From assembly GCA_035635835.1 (NCBI GenBank), contig DASQAH010000011.1, positions 1 to 38,605 on the forward strand: a DNA stretch of 38,605 nucleotides, given 5' to 3'. The position numbers were made by a program, and so were the translations under genes. Each line of letters begins with the position of its first letter. Position 1 is the stretch's first letter. The notes beneath the pieces were generated by a model. The model ran no database searches, was not told where the DNA came from, and saw only the letters and a program-made list of their open reading frames with translations. Below, in pieces: positions 9,135 to 16,513 of this stretch. This DNA is from Gemmatimonadales bacterium. GTDB lineage: Bacteria; Gemmatimonadota; Gemmatimonadetes; Gemmatimonadales; GWC2-71-9.

Positions 9135-10372
9135 ACGTCCTCCACGGCTTGGGCGGCGGCGAGCACGCGCTCGGGCCCACCCGGGTGAGTGATGATCTGT
9201 TGCAGCCGCCGCACGGCCGCGCGGCCGCGGGGCGTGGGGGTCGCGAGCTCGAGGGCGAGCAGCCACTGGCGCGGGTCCCCGGATGGCGCGTAGCCGCCGC
9301 GGCTAAGCCGGCGGCGCAGCCCGGAAACGATGAGGCCGACCGCCGTCTCGACACCCGCCGCCCCCTCAAGGCCGGCGGCGAGCGCCTCTAGGTGCTCGAG
9401 CGGCGAGCGGCGCCGTCGCTCGATGACGGTCAGCGCCGGCCCGAAGCGCACGGCGGCTGCGGCCAGCCCCACAAGCGCCACCGCCACGACCTGCAAGATG
9501 GCCCACCCGCCCGGGGAGCGGGCGAGCCATCCCAGCACCGCGCCGCTGATCGAGCCCTCGCGGCCGTAGCCGTGATGGTACTCGTCCCAGCTGACCCGCC
9601 CGCGCCTGGCTGGGGAAGCGGGCGGCAGCAGTAGCGGGGTCACTACGAGGGGCACGTCGCTGTCGCGCCAACTGCGGTTGCGGAAGTACTCCGGGTCGGC
9701 GGCAAGCACCGCCCGGCCCCCGCCCCTGTAGCGCAGGCGCACGATGATCGGCCGGCCAGCATGGGGGAAAGGAGGGCCTGCGACGAGCAACACTTCCTGC
9801 CCGAGCGCGGCGAGCGCGGGGCAGCCGCCCTCCTTGCGCAGCTGACCGATAGCACGCCAGCGAGGTGCCGAGTCCTCGGGCCCGGTCTCGCGTGGCGCGA
9901 GATAACGTGTCGCGGGGGGCAGACGCAAATCCAGTTGCGACACGGGCGACACGACGGCCATGCTGTCCACCTCGTCCTGCTTGCGGCTCTGCTTCGACTG
10001 CCATCCGAGGCAGTCTGTGATGCCGCCGGCGTTCCCCGCCGCCAGCACGGCGCCTCCGTCGCGCAGGTACCTGACCACCTCCTCGAGCTCTGCGGGCTGA
10101 AGCTGGAGGCTTGGGCCGATCAGCACTAGGAGCCCCGGTCGGTGGGGAGCGTCACGCGTGAGGTTGAAGAGCGCTGTGCGACGCCGCTCGACGGGCTGGC
10201 CCAGTCGCACCAGCACGTCGTACAGCGCTTTACTACCCCCCGGCCCCGCGAGGAAGGTGGACGGCAGCTCATTCTCAGGGGTGGGTTTCGGGCTGCGCAC
10301 ACCCGCGAACACCGCGACGCTCACCGCGACGGCGAGCAACAGGGCGAGCCAGAGCTCAATGCGGGAGAACAT
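9092..10372 (-). CDS. DUF4350-like protein (N-terminal TM anchor)
   Basis: The internal ATG at 10370-10372 gives MFSRIELWLALLLAVAVSVAVFAGV (TM helix). The segment GGSKALYDVLVRLGQPVERRR...LLVLIGPSLQLQPAELEEVVRYLRDGGAVLAAG matches my memory of the DUF4350 pattern. It overlaps the upstream DUF4129 gene by 17 nt. Confidence 0.6.
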   Translation of the reverse strand: MFSRIELWLALLLAVAVSVAVFAGVRSPKPTPENELPSTFLAGPGGSKALYDVLVRLGQPVERRRTALFNLTRDAPHRPGLLVLIGPSLQLQPAELEEVVRYLRDGGAVLAAGNAGGITDCLGWQSKQSRKQDEVDSMAVVSPVSQLDLRLPPATRYLAPRETGPEDSAPRWRAIGQLRKEGGCPALAALGQEVLLVAGPPFPHAGRPIIVRLRYRGGGRAVLAADPEYFRNRSWRDSDVPLVVTPLLLPPASPARRGRVSWDEYHHGYGREGSISGAVLGWLARSPGGWAILQVVAVALVGLAAAAVRFGPALTVIERRRRSPLEHLEALAAGLEGAAGVETAVGLIVSGLRRRLSRGGYAPSGDPRQWLLALELATPTPRGRAAVRRLQQIITHPGGPERVLAAAQAVEDVWEELHPRMTRAVS

Positions 10373-10946
10373 GCTGCAGCACCAGCTGCGCGTCGTCGCC
10401 GAAGTCGCTGTAGCCCGTCGCGTCACACGGCGCGGCGCCGAAGACATGCCGGTAGAGCCGGGCGACGAGCCCGGTCAGCGTGGCGCGGCCCGCCGCATCC
10501 AGCGCCGCCTCACCCGCATACTCGGCGGGTGTCTTGGACGGATGAAACTGCAAGGCCCGCGCACGGTCGAGCTGCAGGATAACGGCGGTGAAGCGGTGGG
10601 CCAGCGCCTCGGCGAAGCGACCGGAGCGGGCCAGCTCCTCGGCGCGCCGCAAGTGGGCGCCTGCGTCCTCTAGCTGCAACCCGGGAGCGACCGGCGCTGG
10701 CCTGCCGGGCTGGACGGTAGAGCGGTAGATACGCCAGGCCAGGTACCCGAAATGCACCAGGATGCTCAGGAGCACGACGATGGCGACCCACAGCAGCAAC
10801 TGAAAAACCGTGTGGTGCGTCTCGTCCATCCGGTTGAGCCAGGCTAGCAGCGTGTGGAGCCAGTGACCCAGCCACTGCAGCGGGTGGCGGCGCGGCACCC
10901 AGTGGTATTCCGGCCGCGCAAACACCTCGCCCACTGCGCGACGCAC
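10356..10946 (-). CDS. DUF4129-like membrane protein
   Basis: 196 aa with ARPEYHW near the N-terminus, one TM helix (VFQLLLWVAIVVLLSILVHFGYLAW), then LARSGRFAEALAHRFTAVILQLDRARALQFHPSKTPAEYAGEA, typical of DUF4129. GTG start. The reading frame stays sensible for 13 more codons upstream (DALLQGISADS), so a non-canonical CTG start overlapping the upstream stop is possible. Confidence 0.65.
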   Translation of the reverse strand: MRRAVGEVFARPEYHWVPRRHPLQWLGHWLHTLLAWLNRMDETHHTVFQLLLWVAIVVLLSILVHFGYLAWRIYRSTVQPGRPAPVAPGLQLEDAGAHLRRAEELARSGRFAEALAHRFTAVILQLDRARALQFHPSKTPAEYAGEAALDAAGRATLTGLVARLYRHVFGAAPCDATGYSDFGDDAQLVLQHVLPH

Positions 10947-10984
10947 CGAGTCGGCCGAGATGCCCTGAAGGAGCGCGTCCGCGC

Positions 10985-11866
10985 TCAGATGATCCCCAGC
11001 TGCTGCCCGAGGAGCTGGAGATCGAACCCCTCCCGCCGGACGCGAAGATCATAGTACAGGAGGGTGAAGACACACGGCAGGATCGGCGCGAGCACGATTG
11101 GCAGGAGCGCCGAGACGACGACTACCGCCGGCTGCAAGGCCGGGTTCGACAGTGCGGCATAGCCGCCGATGCCCCCGACGAACGCCGAGGGAACGACATT
11201 GGCGATCAGATAGGCGATGATGCCGAGGCCCAGCAGCTTCAGCTTGAAGTTCCGGGTGAGATCCCAGGACCGCCCGAACGCGTCGAACGAGCTCGACAAC
11301 TCTTCCAGGACGATGACAGGCGTCGTGAGCCCGTAGCCGCACGCGACGTAGATCACGAACCACGTCAGGGTGCCGCCTCCCGCGAGTGAGAGCAACACGC
11401 TCACCGCAGTTCCCCCGACCTTGCCCAGCGTCGCCAGGACGCCGATGACCAGCGCGCCCGCGACCGCGATCATGAAGATCAACAAGGCCTTGCCGACGGC
11501 GACGAGGAACAGCGGAAGGATTCTCGTCGCGCCGAGCGACAGCGCCTCCCCGAGCGTGGGCTCGCGCCCCAAGTAGGAGGCCGAAATGATATGGATCGAC
11601 CCAGCCGTGAGCAGCAGGCTGGCGAGCGTGTATGCCACGGCCACAAAGAGGACGACGAGGATACCGACCAGCAGGTGATCTTGCATGACGCCGACCATCT
11701 GCTCAGGTCCGCTGCCCATGAACCGAAGCCGCAGGTACACGGCGAGGGCGACCGGCAACCACATGACCGCCACGCTCAGCTTGAGGAAGAGCCCGAAGTG
11801 ACGGCTGTACAGGGTAAAGGCCCCGTCGAGAACCTCTCCCATCTCCATGGGCTTGAGGTCGGCCAT
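10985..11866 (-). CDS. Polytopic membrane protein, paralog 1 (GDPD-membrane-domain-like family)
   Basis: The ATG at 11864-11866 is preceded by GGAG 8 nt upstream. About 6-7 TM helices. Conserved blocks are shared with 13784-14602: GEVLDG, RHFGLF, SYLGREPTLGEAL, GRSWDLT and the C-terminal CVFTLLYYDLRVRREGFDLQLLG. Confidence 0.65.
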   Translation of the reverse strand: MADLKPMEMGEVLDGAFTLYSRHFGLFLKLSVAVMWLPVALAVYLRLRFMGSGPEQMVGVMQDHLLVGILVVLFVAVAYTLASLLLTAGSIHIISASYLGREPTLGEALSLGATRILPLFLVAVGKALLIFMIAVAGALVIGVLATLGKVGGTAVSVLLSLAGGGTLTWFVIYVACGYGLTTPVIVLEELSSSFDAFGRSWDLTRNFKLKLLGLGIIAYLIANVVPSAFVGGIGGYAALSNPALQPAVVVVSALLPIVLAPILPCVFTLLYYDLRVRREGFDLQLLGQQLGII

Positions 11867-11905
11867 GCGCTCGCTCCGTGCGGAGGACGGCGATAAGATG
11901 AGGAC

Positions 11906-13819
11906 GTGAGCGAGTCCCCGCGAGTCCTGCACCCCCCTCCCCCCGGCCCCCCCCAGCCACCCGACCTGCGGCAACGTCACGGGGTCGAGACACCGGAGCA
12001 CGTGGAGCTGCAGTTCGAGTTGGCGGGCGTCGGCTCGCGCGCCGCCGCCGCCGTGCTCGATACGCTCCTCCTTGGGCTCTTCCAGGTGCTGGGCTTGCTG
12101 CTCCTCGGACTCCTGATCGATGTGCAGAGCGAGGCGGGGAACTGGGCGTTCGCGATTCTCTTCCTCGTCTTCGGTTTCACGTTCCTGTTCGTTTACTACA
12201 CGCTATTCGAAGGCCTGAACAGCGGGCGGACGCCCGGTAAGATGGCCCTCGGCATCCGGGTGGTCATGGACTCCGGCCGTCCCGTGACATTCGGCGCCGC
12301 GGTCGTGCGGAACTTGCTGCGCCTCATCGATTTCTGGTTTCCGCTTGCACCGCTTGTTCCGGGGATGCTGTTCGTGTTCCTGACTAAAAGTAACAAGCGT
12401 CTCGGCGACCTTGCGGCCGGTACGGTTGTGGTGCGTGATCATCCCACCGAGTGGGCGCTCGCCGCAGTGCCGTCTCCCACCGCCCCCCACGCCCGACTTC
12501 CTGGCGGCACTGCACCCAGTGAGGAGATCGAAACCGGTCCGCCGGAGCTCTCCGACGACGAATTCCGGTTGCTCGACCGCTTTCTCGCGCGCATGAACGA
12601 TCTCACGCCCACGGTGCAGGTCCGGATGCTGGTCGAACTCGCCCGCCGGTTCGAAACGCGCGTGCCGCGCCGCAGCACCGACCCGCAGGAGTACCTGCTC
12701 GCGGTGTTCGCGGAGGAGCAGATGCGACGCCGCAGTCGTTTCGCCACGCGGGCGGGGGCTGGACCGGGCGGCGCCGGCCGCACCACAGTCACGGCCGAGC
12801 GCTTCTTCGCCCGCAAGCGCGACGCATGGGAGCAGTTCCGCGGCGTCGCCACGCGCATCGAGCGCGCGGGGGTCGGGGCCCTGCCGCCCTCGGAGATTCC
12901 AGGGTTCGCGGCGCGCTACCGCGAGGTCGCGGCCGACCTCGCCCGCGCCCGCACGTACGGGGTGGATCCATCGATCATCGACTATCTGGAGCGGCTGGTG
13001 AGCGCGGGGCACAACGCCTTGTACCGCGCGCGTGGCCGCAACCGTCCGCCGTTGGGACGCTACCTGCTCGGGGAATTCCCGGGCGCCGTCGTCGCATCGT
13101 GGCGCTACGTCATGGTCGCCTTCCTGCTGTTCGCGGTTCCCGCAGCTGTGGGCTACGTGATGCTACGCGAGCGTCCGGAGCTCACCGAGGAGATCGTGCC
13201 CCCGACCATGGTGAGCCGGGCCGAGCAGGCAGCCGAGCGGCAGGCTCGGGGCGAGGGATACGCCCAAAGCCCAAACGAAGAGCTGCCGGTCATCGCCTCG
13301 CTCATCATTACCAACAACATTATGGTCTGCTTCTGGGCGTTTAGCGGCGGCCTGCTCGCCGGCCTGTTCACCCTGTGGTCGCTCGTCTTCAACGGCCTGA
13401 GCCTCGGGATGGGGTTCGGCGTGTTCGCCAACCATCACGCCGCGGGCTACCTCGGCACGTTCGTCGTGGGCCACGGCTTCCTCGAGCTGACCGCCATTTT
13501 CATCTCCGGCGGCGCCGGGTTCCGGCTGGCGCGAGCGTTGATCGCCCCGGGGGACCGCACGCGCAGAGACGCCCTGGTGCTGGAGGGCATGATCGCGGTG
13601 CGAATGATCGGCGCGGTGATCTGCCTTCTGGCCCTCGCCGGCGCGATCGAAGGGTTGCTGTCCGCCAGCGACGCGCCCGCGGAATACAAATACGCGACCG
13701 GCGCGCTATCAGCGGTGCTCCTCACATTCTATTTCGCCAACGGTTGGGCGTACTGGCACCAGAGCGTTCCGCGCGACGCGACGTTAGACCGGTGGGGCGA
13801 TCCCCAACTGTCCGCCTAG
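11906..13819 (+). CDS. Fusion protein: N-terminal RDD-family membrane domain + C-terminal stage II sporulation protein M-like (DUF95) membrane domain
   Basis: 637 aa. The RDD part includes GVETPEHVELQFELAGVGSRAAAAVLDTLLLG...SGRTPGKMALGIRVV...NKRLGDLAAGTVVV. A helical linker follows, with YREVAADLARARTYGVDPSIIDYLERLVSAGHNALY. The SpoIIM/DUF95 core is ITNNIMVCFWAFSGGLLAGLFTLWSLVFNGLSLG...GHGFLELTAIFISGGAGFRLA. GTG start. Confidence 0.8.
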   Translation: MSESPRVLHPPPPGPPQPPDLRQRHGVETPEHVELQFELAGVGSRAAAAVLDTLLLGLFQVLGLLLLGLLIDVQSEAGNWAFAILFLVFGFTFLFVYYTLFEGLNSGRTPGKMALGIRVVMDSGRPVTFGAAVVRNLLRLIDFWFPLAPLVPGMLFVFLTKSNKRLGDLAAGTVVVRDHPTEWALAAVPSPTAPHARLPGGTAPSEEIETGPPELSDDEFRLLDRFLARMNDLTPTVQVRMLVELARRFETRVPRRSTDPQEYLLAVFAEEQMRRRSRFATRAGAGPGGAGRTTVTAERFFARKRDAWEQFRGVATRIERAGVGALPPSEIPGFAARYREVAADLARARTYGVDPSIIDYLERLVSAGHNALYRARGRNRPPLGRYLLGEFPGAVVASWRYVMVAFLLFAVPAAVGYVMLRERPELTEEIVPPTMVSRAEQAAERQARGEGYAQSPNEELPVIASLIITNNIMVCFWAFSGGLLAGLFTLWSLVFNGLSLGMGFGVFANHHAAGYLGTFVVGHGFLELTAIFISGGAGFRLARALIAPGDRTRRDALVLEGMIAVRMIGAVICLLALAGAIEGLLSASDAPAEYKYATGALSAVLLTFYFANGWAYWHQSVPRDATLDRWGDPQLSA

Positions 13820-14602
13820 TATCTCGAGATCGAACCCTTCCTTGCGGACCCGCAGATCGTAATAGAAGAGCGTGAACACACAGGTGAGCAGTGGATAGAA
13901 GAACAGCATCATGATCGCCAGCAGCACCACGCTAGCCGCCTCGAGCCCTCCACCGCCGAGCCCCGCTGCAACGCCTCCAACGGCGGCCGCGCCGAACACC
14001 AGCGCAAGGAGAAGCGTCACGGATACGACCCACAGGACGAGGGCTTTTCGCTTGAACCCCTTGGTCAGGGCCCAGGAGCGCCCCAGTGCCTCGGTAGACG
14101 AGCGCAGCTGCTCGAGGGCGGCCACCTGGCCGACGACCGAGTAACCGCAGAACACCACGATGCCTGGAACCACCAAGGCGAGCGTCGCGAGTCCGGCGAG
14201 GAAGCCGCTTGCGAGGGTTGCGCCGAAGATGACCCCGAATTTGCCGCCCGCGAAGCGCAGTGCCTCGCCGAGGCGCGGAGCGCGGCCCAGATAGGCCCCG
14301 GACACGGCGCGTACCGTCGCGCCGGTCACGAACAGTTTGCCGACCGCGCTCAGGAGCCGCTCCAGCAAGGCCAGTCCGGGATGGGCCTCGCCGCCACCCG
14401 ACAGGTCCACATAAACGTCGAGCGCTGCGGGCAGGCCCTGGCAGGCCACCGCAATGCTGAAGAACAGCCCGAAGTGACGCCGCAGCAGCGCCAGCGAGCC
14501 ATCTAGGATCTCGCCGGTCGAAAGCGGTCGGAGCTCGAAGGTGGCTACGACGACCTCCTTCAGCCGAAAAAGTGACGCGGCGCGGCTGGCCAGCGCCACC
14601 AT
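13784..14602 (-). CDS. Polytopic membrane protein, paralog 2 of 10985-11866
   Basis: Shares sequence blocks with paralog 1 (GEILDG, RHFGLF, AYLGRAPRLGEAL, GRSWALT, CVFTLFYYDLRVRKEGFDLEILG). The track start is GTG 14644. DNA at 14603-14630 is AT-rich and non-coding-like, so ATG 14600-14602 is preferred. Its 3' end overlaps the convergent RDD-SpoIIM gene by 36 nt. Confidence 0.65.
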   Translation of the reverse strand: MVALASRAASLFRLKEVVVATFELRPLSTGEILDGSLALLRRHFGLFFSIAVACQGLPAALDVYVDLSGGGEAHPGLALLERLLSAVGKLFVTGATVRAVSGAYLGRAPRLGEALRFAGGKFGVIFGATLASGFLAGLATLALVVPGIVVFCGYSVVGQVAALEQLRSSTEALGRSWALTKGFKRKALVLWVVSVTLLLALVFGAAAVGGVAAGLGGGGLEAASVVLLAIMMLFFYPLLTCVFTLFYYDLRVRKEGFDLEILGGQLGIAPPV

Positions 14603-14681
14603 CGCGGATTGAAAAACATCAAGTGGCGAGGAGGGCCCCACCACCTCGCCGCCGGGCAGAACAGCGGGCGATGCCGCCGGC

Positions 14682-14876
14682 TCACCCGAGCGACAGCAGG
14701 ATCTCGCGCATCCGGCGCGCCAGAACCTCGATCTGTTTCAGGGTGGAGACGGTCTCCTCGTCATACTTGTCCTGATTCAGGAGCAGGAGCTGGGTTTCCG
14801 CGAGGATCGCTGAAAGCGGATTCGACAGGTCGTGCCGCAGCCTAGCCAGTCTGTCTGCGATGTGCGGATCGGCCAT
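14682..14876 (-). CDS. Stand-alone histidine-kinase DHp (HisKA) domain mini-protein, 64 aa, no ATPase domain
   Basis: The internal ATG at 14874-14876 gives MADPHIADRLARLRHDLSNPLSAILAETQLLLLNQDKYDEETVSTLKQIEVLARRMREILLSLG. It has the H-box R-H-D-L-S-N-P-L followed by a second helix. The ORF stops right after, so there are no N/G1/F/G2 boxes. Its ATG shares one base with the upstream TGA (TGATG). Confidence 0.6.
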   Translation of the reverse strand: MADPHIADRLARLRHDLSNPLSAILAETQLLLLNQDKYDEETVSTLKQIEVLARRMREILLSLG

Positions 14877-15160
14877 CACAGCAGCGAGCGGTACAGATCG
14901 CGCAGATGATGGTCCCGCAGGTCGCGCACCGACTGCCACAGGTCCTGCTCCGAGGTGGCGCAAAAGATCTCCGCCGTCGCGCGCTCGTGCTCGGTATCCT
15001 CGGCCCCGAACAGGATGCGGCCGCGCCAAATGCCGTCCTCGGCGCGGTGCACCGAGAGCCGAATGGCGATGAGTTGTCCGTCGAATCGAATCGGAGTGAG
15101 GTCGTGAACGACCGCTTCACGGGCGTCGCCGACCGGATGTCGCGCCGGTTGAGCTGGCAT
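14876..15160 (-). CDS. Hypothetical 94-aa protein translationally coupled to the DHp mini-protein
   Basis: The ATG at 15158-15160 gives MPAQPARHPVGDAREAVVHDLTPIRFDGQLIAIRLSVHRAEDGIWRGRILFGAEDTEHERATAEIFCATSEQDLWQSVRDLRDHHLRDLYRSLL. GC3 is high. No family recognised. A perfect 12-bp palindrome AGCCCTAGGGCT (15165-15176) lies just upstream. Confidence 0.5.
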   Translation of the reverse strand: MPAQPARHPVGDAREAVVHDLTPIRFDGQLIAIRLSVHRAEDGIWRGRILFGAEDTEHERATAEIFCATSEQDLWQSVRDLRDHHLRDLYRSLL

Positions 15161-15255
15161 GCCGAGCCCTAGGGCTGGTTTGAGCAAAGATATAACGAGG
15201 CTGAGGTGGCGCAATAGGTTCCGCCGTCACGAAACCAACTCCCCACTTCCCGTCT

Positions 15256-16380
15256 CTAGAGGTGGAACGGCACCGCGGCGAAAGTGAGTGCGAAGAGCGC
15301 CAGCGCTCCCCAGGCAAATGGGCGGCGCGAGGGTGGTAACGGCCGATACGCGTCCAACACGGGCGGATGGCCGAGCCGTCCCCGCGAGAGCGCGAGGACC
15401 AGGAGCCCCCAGATCAGCCAGCCGATCCACAGCCACCCCAGGGCGGCGAGCCCCACCCAGAAAATCCGCGCCACGCGCTGGTGCCAGCGCGGCAGCGCGG
15501 CGTACAGCACGTGGCCACCATCGAGCTGCGAAATCGGCAGCAGGTTCAGCATCGTCACGAACATCCCTACCCAACCGGCGAACGCGAGTGGGTGAACCGC
15601 GACCGCTGCTCCACCCACTCCGGCGCCGCCCACCACCAGCCGGCGCACCAGCCAAGTGATCGCCGAGTCCCCGAGCACCGTCGCCGGCTCGCGGCCGAAG
15701 AAGAGCACCATCCCGTGCAGGTCCTGCTCGAACGGGAGCACATGGCTGCGCGCGAGGCCGACCGCCAGCACGGGCAGCGCCACGAGAAACCCCGCGATCG
15801 GACCGGCGAGGCCCACATCGAACAGCTGGCGCCGATCCGATAGGAGGGTCCGCAGCCGGATGAACGCGCCCATCGTTCCGATGAACGACGGCACGAGCGG
15901 GAGGGGGATGAAGTAGGGCGGGGAGACGTCGAGCAGGTAGCGGCGCGCCGTGATGTAGTGCCCGAGCTCGTGGCACAGCAGGATCGTGAGGAGCGGGAGC
16001 GAGAACACCAGTCCAGACGACCACGCGCGCCAGAACCCCACCGTGGCCGGGACGCCCCGCAGGAAGAAGGTCCAGTATCCATCGTAGGGAACCGTCCCCA
16101 CCATGACGGCGCCGGCGAAGGTGACGGTGTACAGTGTCGCGAGGAGGAGCACGGCGTGCAGCACCCAGCGCTCGCGTGGCCGGGACGGCGCTGCGCGGGT
16201 CAGGACAAGGTGGCGCCCATCCGGCTCGTCGGCCCAGTAGTAGATGCCGGGCCACTGGGCCAGCGCCCGAGCCAGCTCCCGGGACGGGCCCGCGTGTGCC
16301 GGATGTACAAGCGCATCAACGACTTCCCGGTCTCGCAGGGGGGTCGTCCGCCATGCGAGCAGGAACTGGCTCAGGTCCAC
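15256..16380 (-). CDS. M50-family site-2 metalloprotease
   Basis: 374 aa with the HExxH motif ([11 protein letters not shown]) in a TM helix and the second motif [18 protein letters not shown]. Multiple TM helices. GTG start. Confidence 0.85.
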   Translation of the reverse strand: MDLSQFLLAWRTTPLRDREVVDALVHPAHAGPSRELARALAQWPGIYYWADEPDGRHLVLTRAAPSRPRERWVLHAVLLLATLYTVTFAGAVMVGTVPYDGYWTFFLRGVPATVGFWRAWSSGLVFSLPLLTILLCHELGHYITARRYLLDVSPPYFIPLPLVPSFIGTMGAFIRLRTLLSDRRQLFDVGLAGPIAGFLVALPVLAVGLARSHVLPFEQDLHGMVLFFGREPATVLGDSAITWLVRRLVVGGAGVGGAAVAVHPLAFAGWVGMFVTMLNLLPISQLDGGHVLYAALPRWHQRVARIFWVGLAALGWLWIGWLIWGLLVLALSRGRLGHPPVLDAYRPLPPSRRPFAWGALALFALTFAAVPFHL

Positions 16381-16388
16381 GCGTGTGC

Positions 16389-16417
16389 TTGACGCAGAGG
16401 AAGGGGCGGCCTACTAT
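16389..16417 (+). promoter_or_regulatory. Sigma70-type promoter for rho: TTGACG - 17 nt - TACTAT
   Basis: TTGACG lies at 16389-16394 and TACTAT at 16412-16417, with a 17-nt spacer. It sits about 97 nt upstream of the rho GTG. The -10 region CTACTATAG is nearly palindromic and reads TATAGT on the minus strand. Confidence 0.5.
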
Positions 16418-16420
16418 AGA

Positions 16421-16485
16421 CCTTCGCACGTCTCCGCATTCCCAAGATTCCACCTTCACCGCGTTCACTCCCCCGAGCCGGGGCC
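16421..16485 (+). promoter_or_regulatory. C-rich / G-poor leader segment of rho (rut-like site)
   Basis: By hand count, 16421-16475 has 27 C and 7 G in 55 nt, in an otherwise G+C-balanced genome. It lies in the 5' UTR of rho. Confidence 0.4.
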
Positions 16486-16513
16486 TTCCCGCCATACTGG
16501 AGCCGAAGCACAC

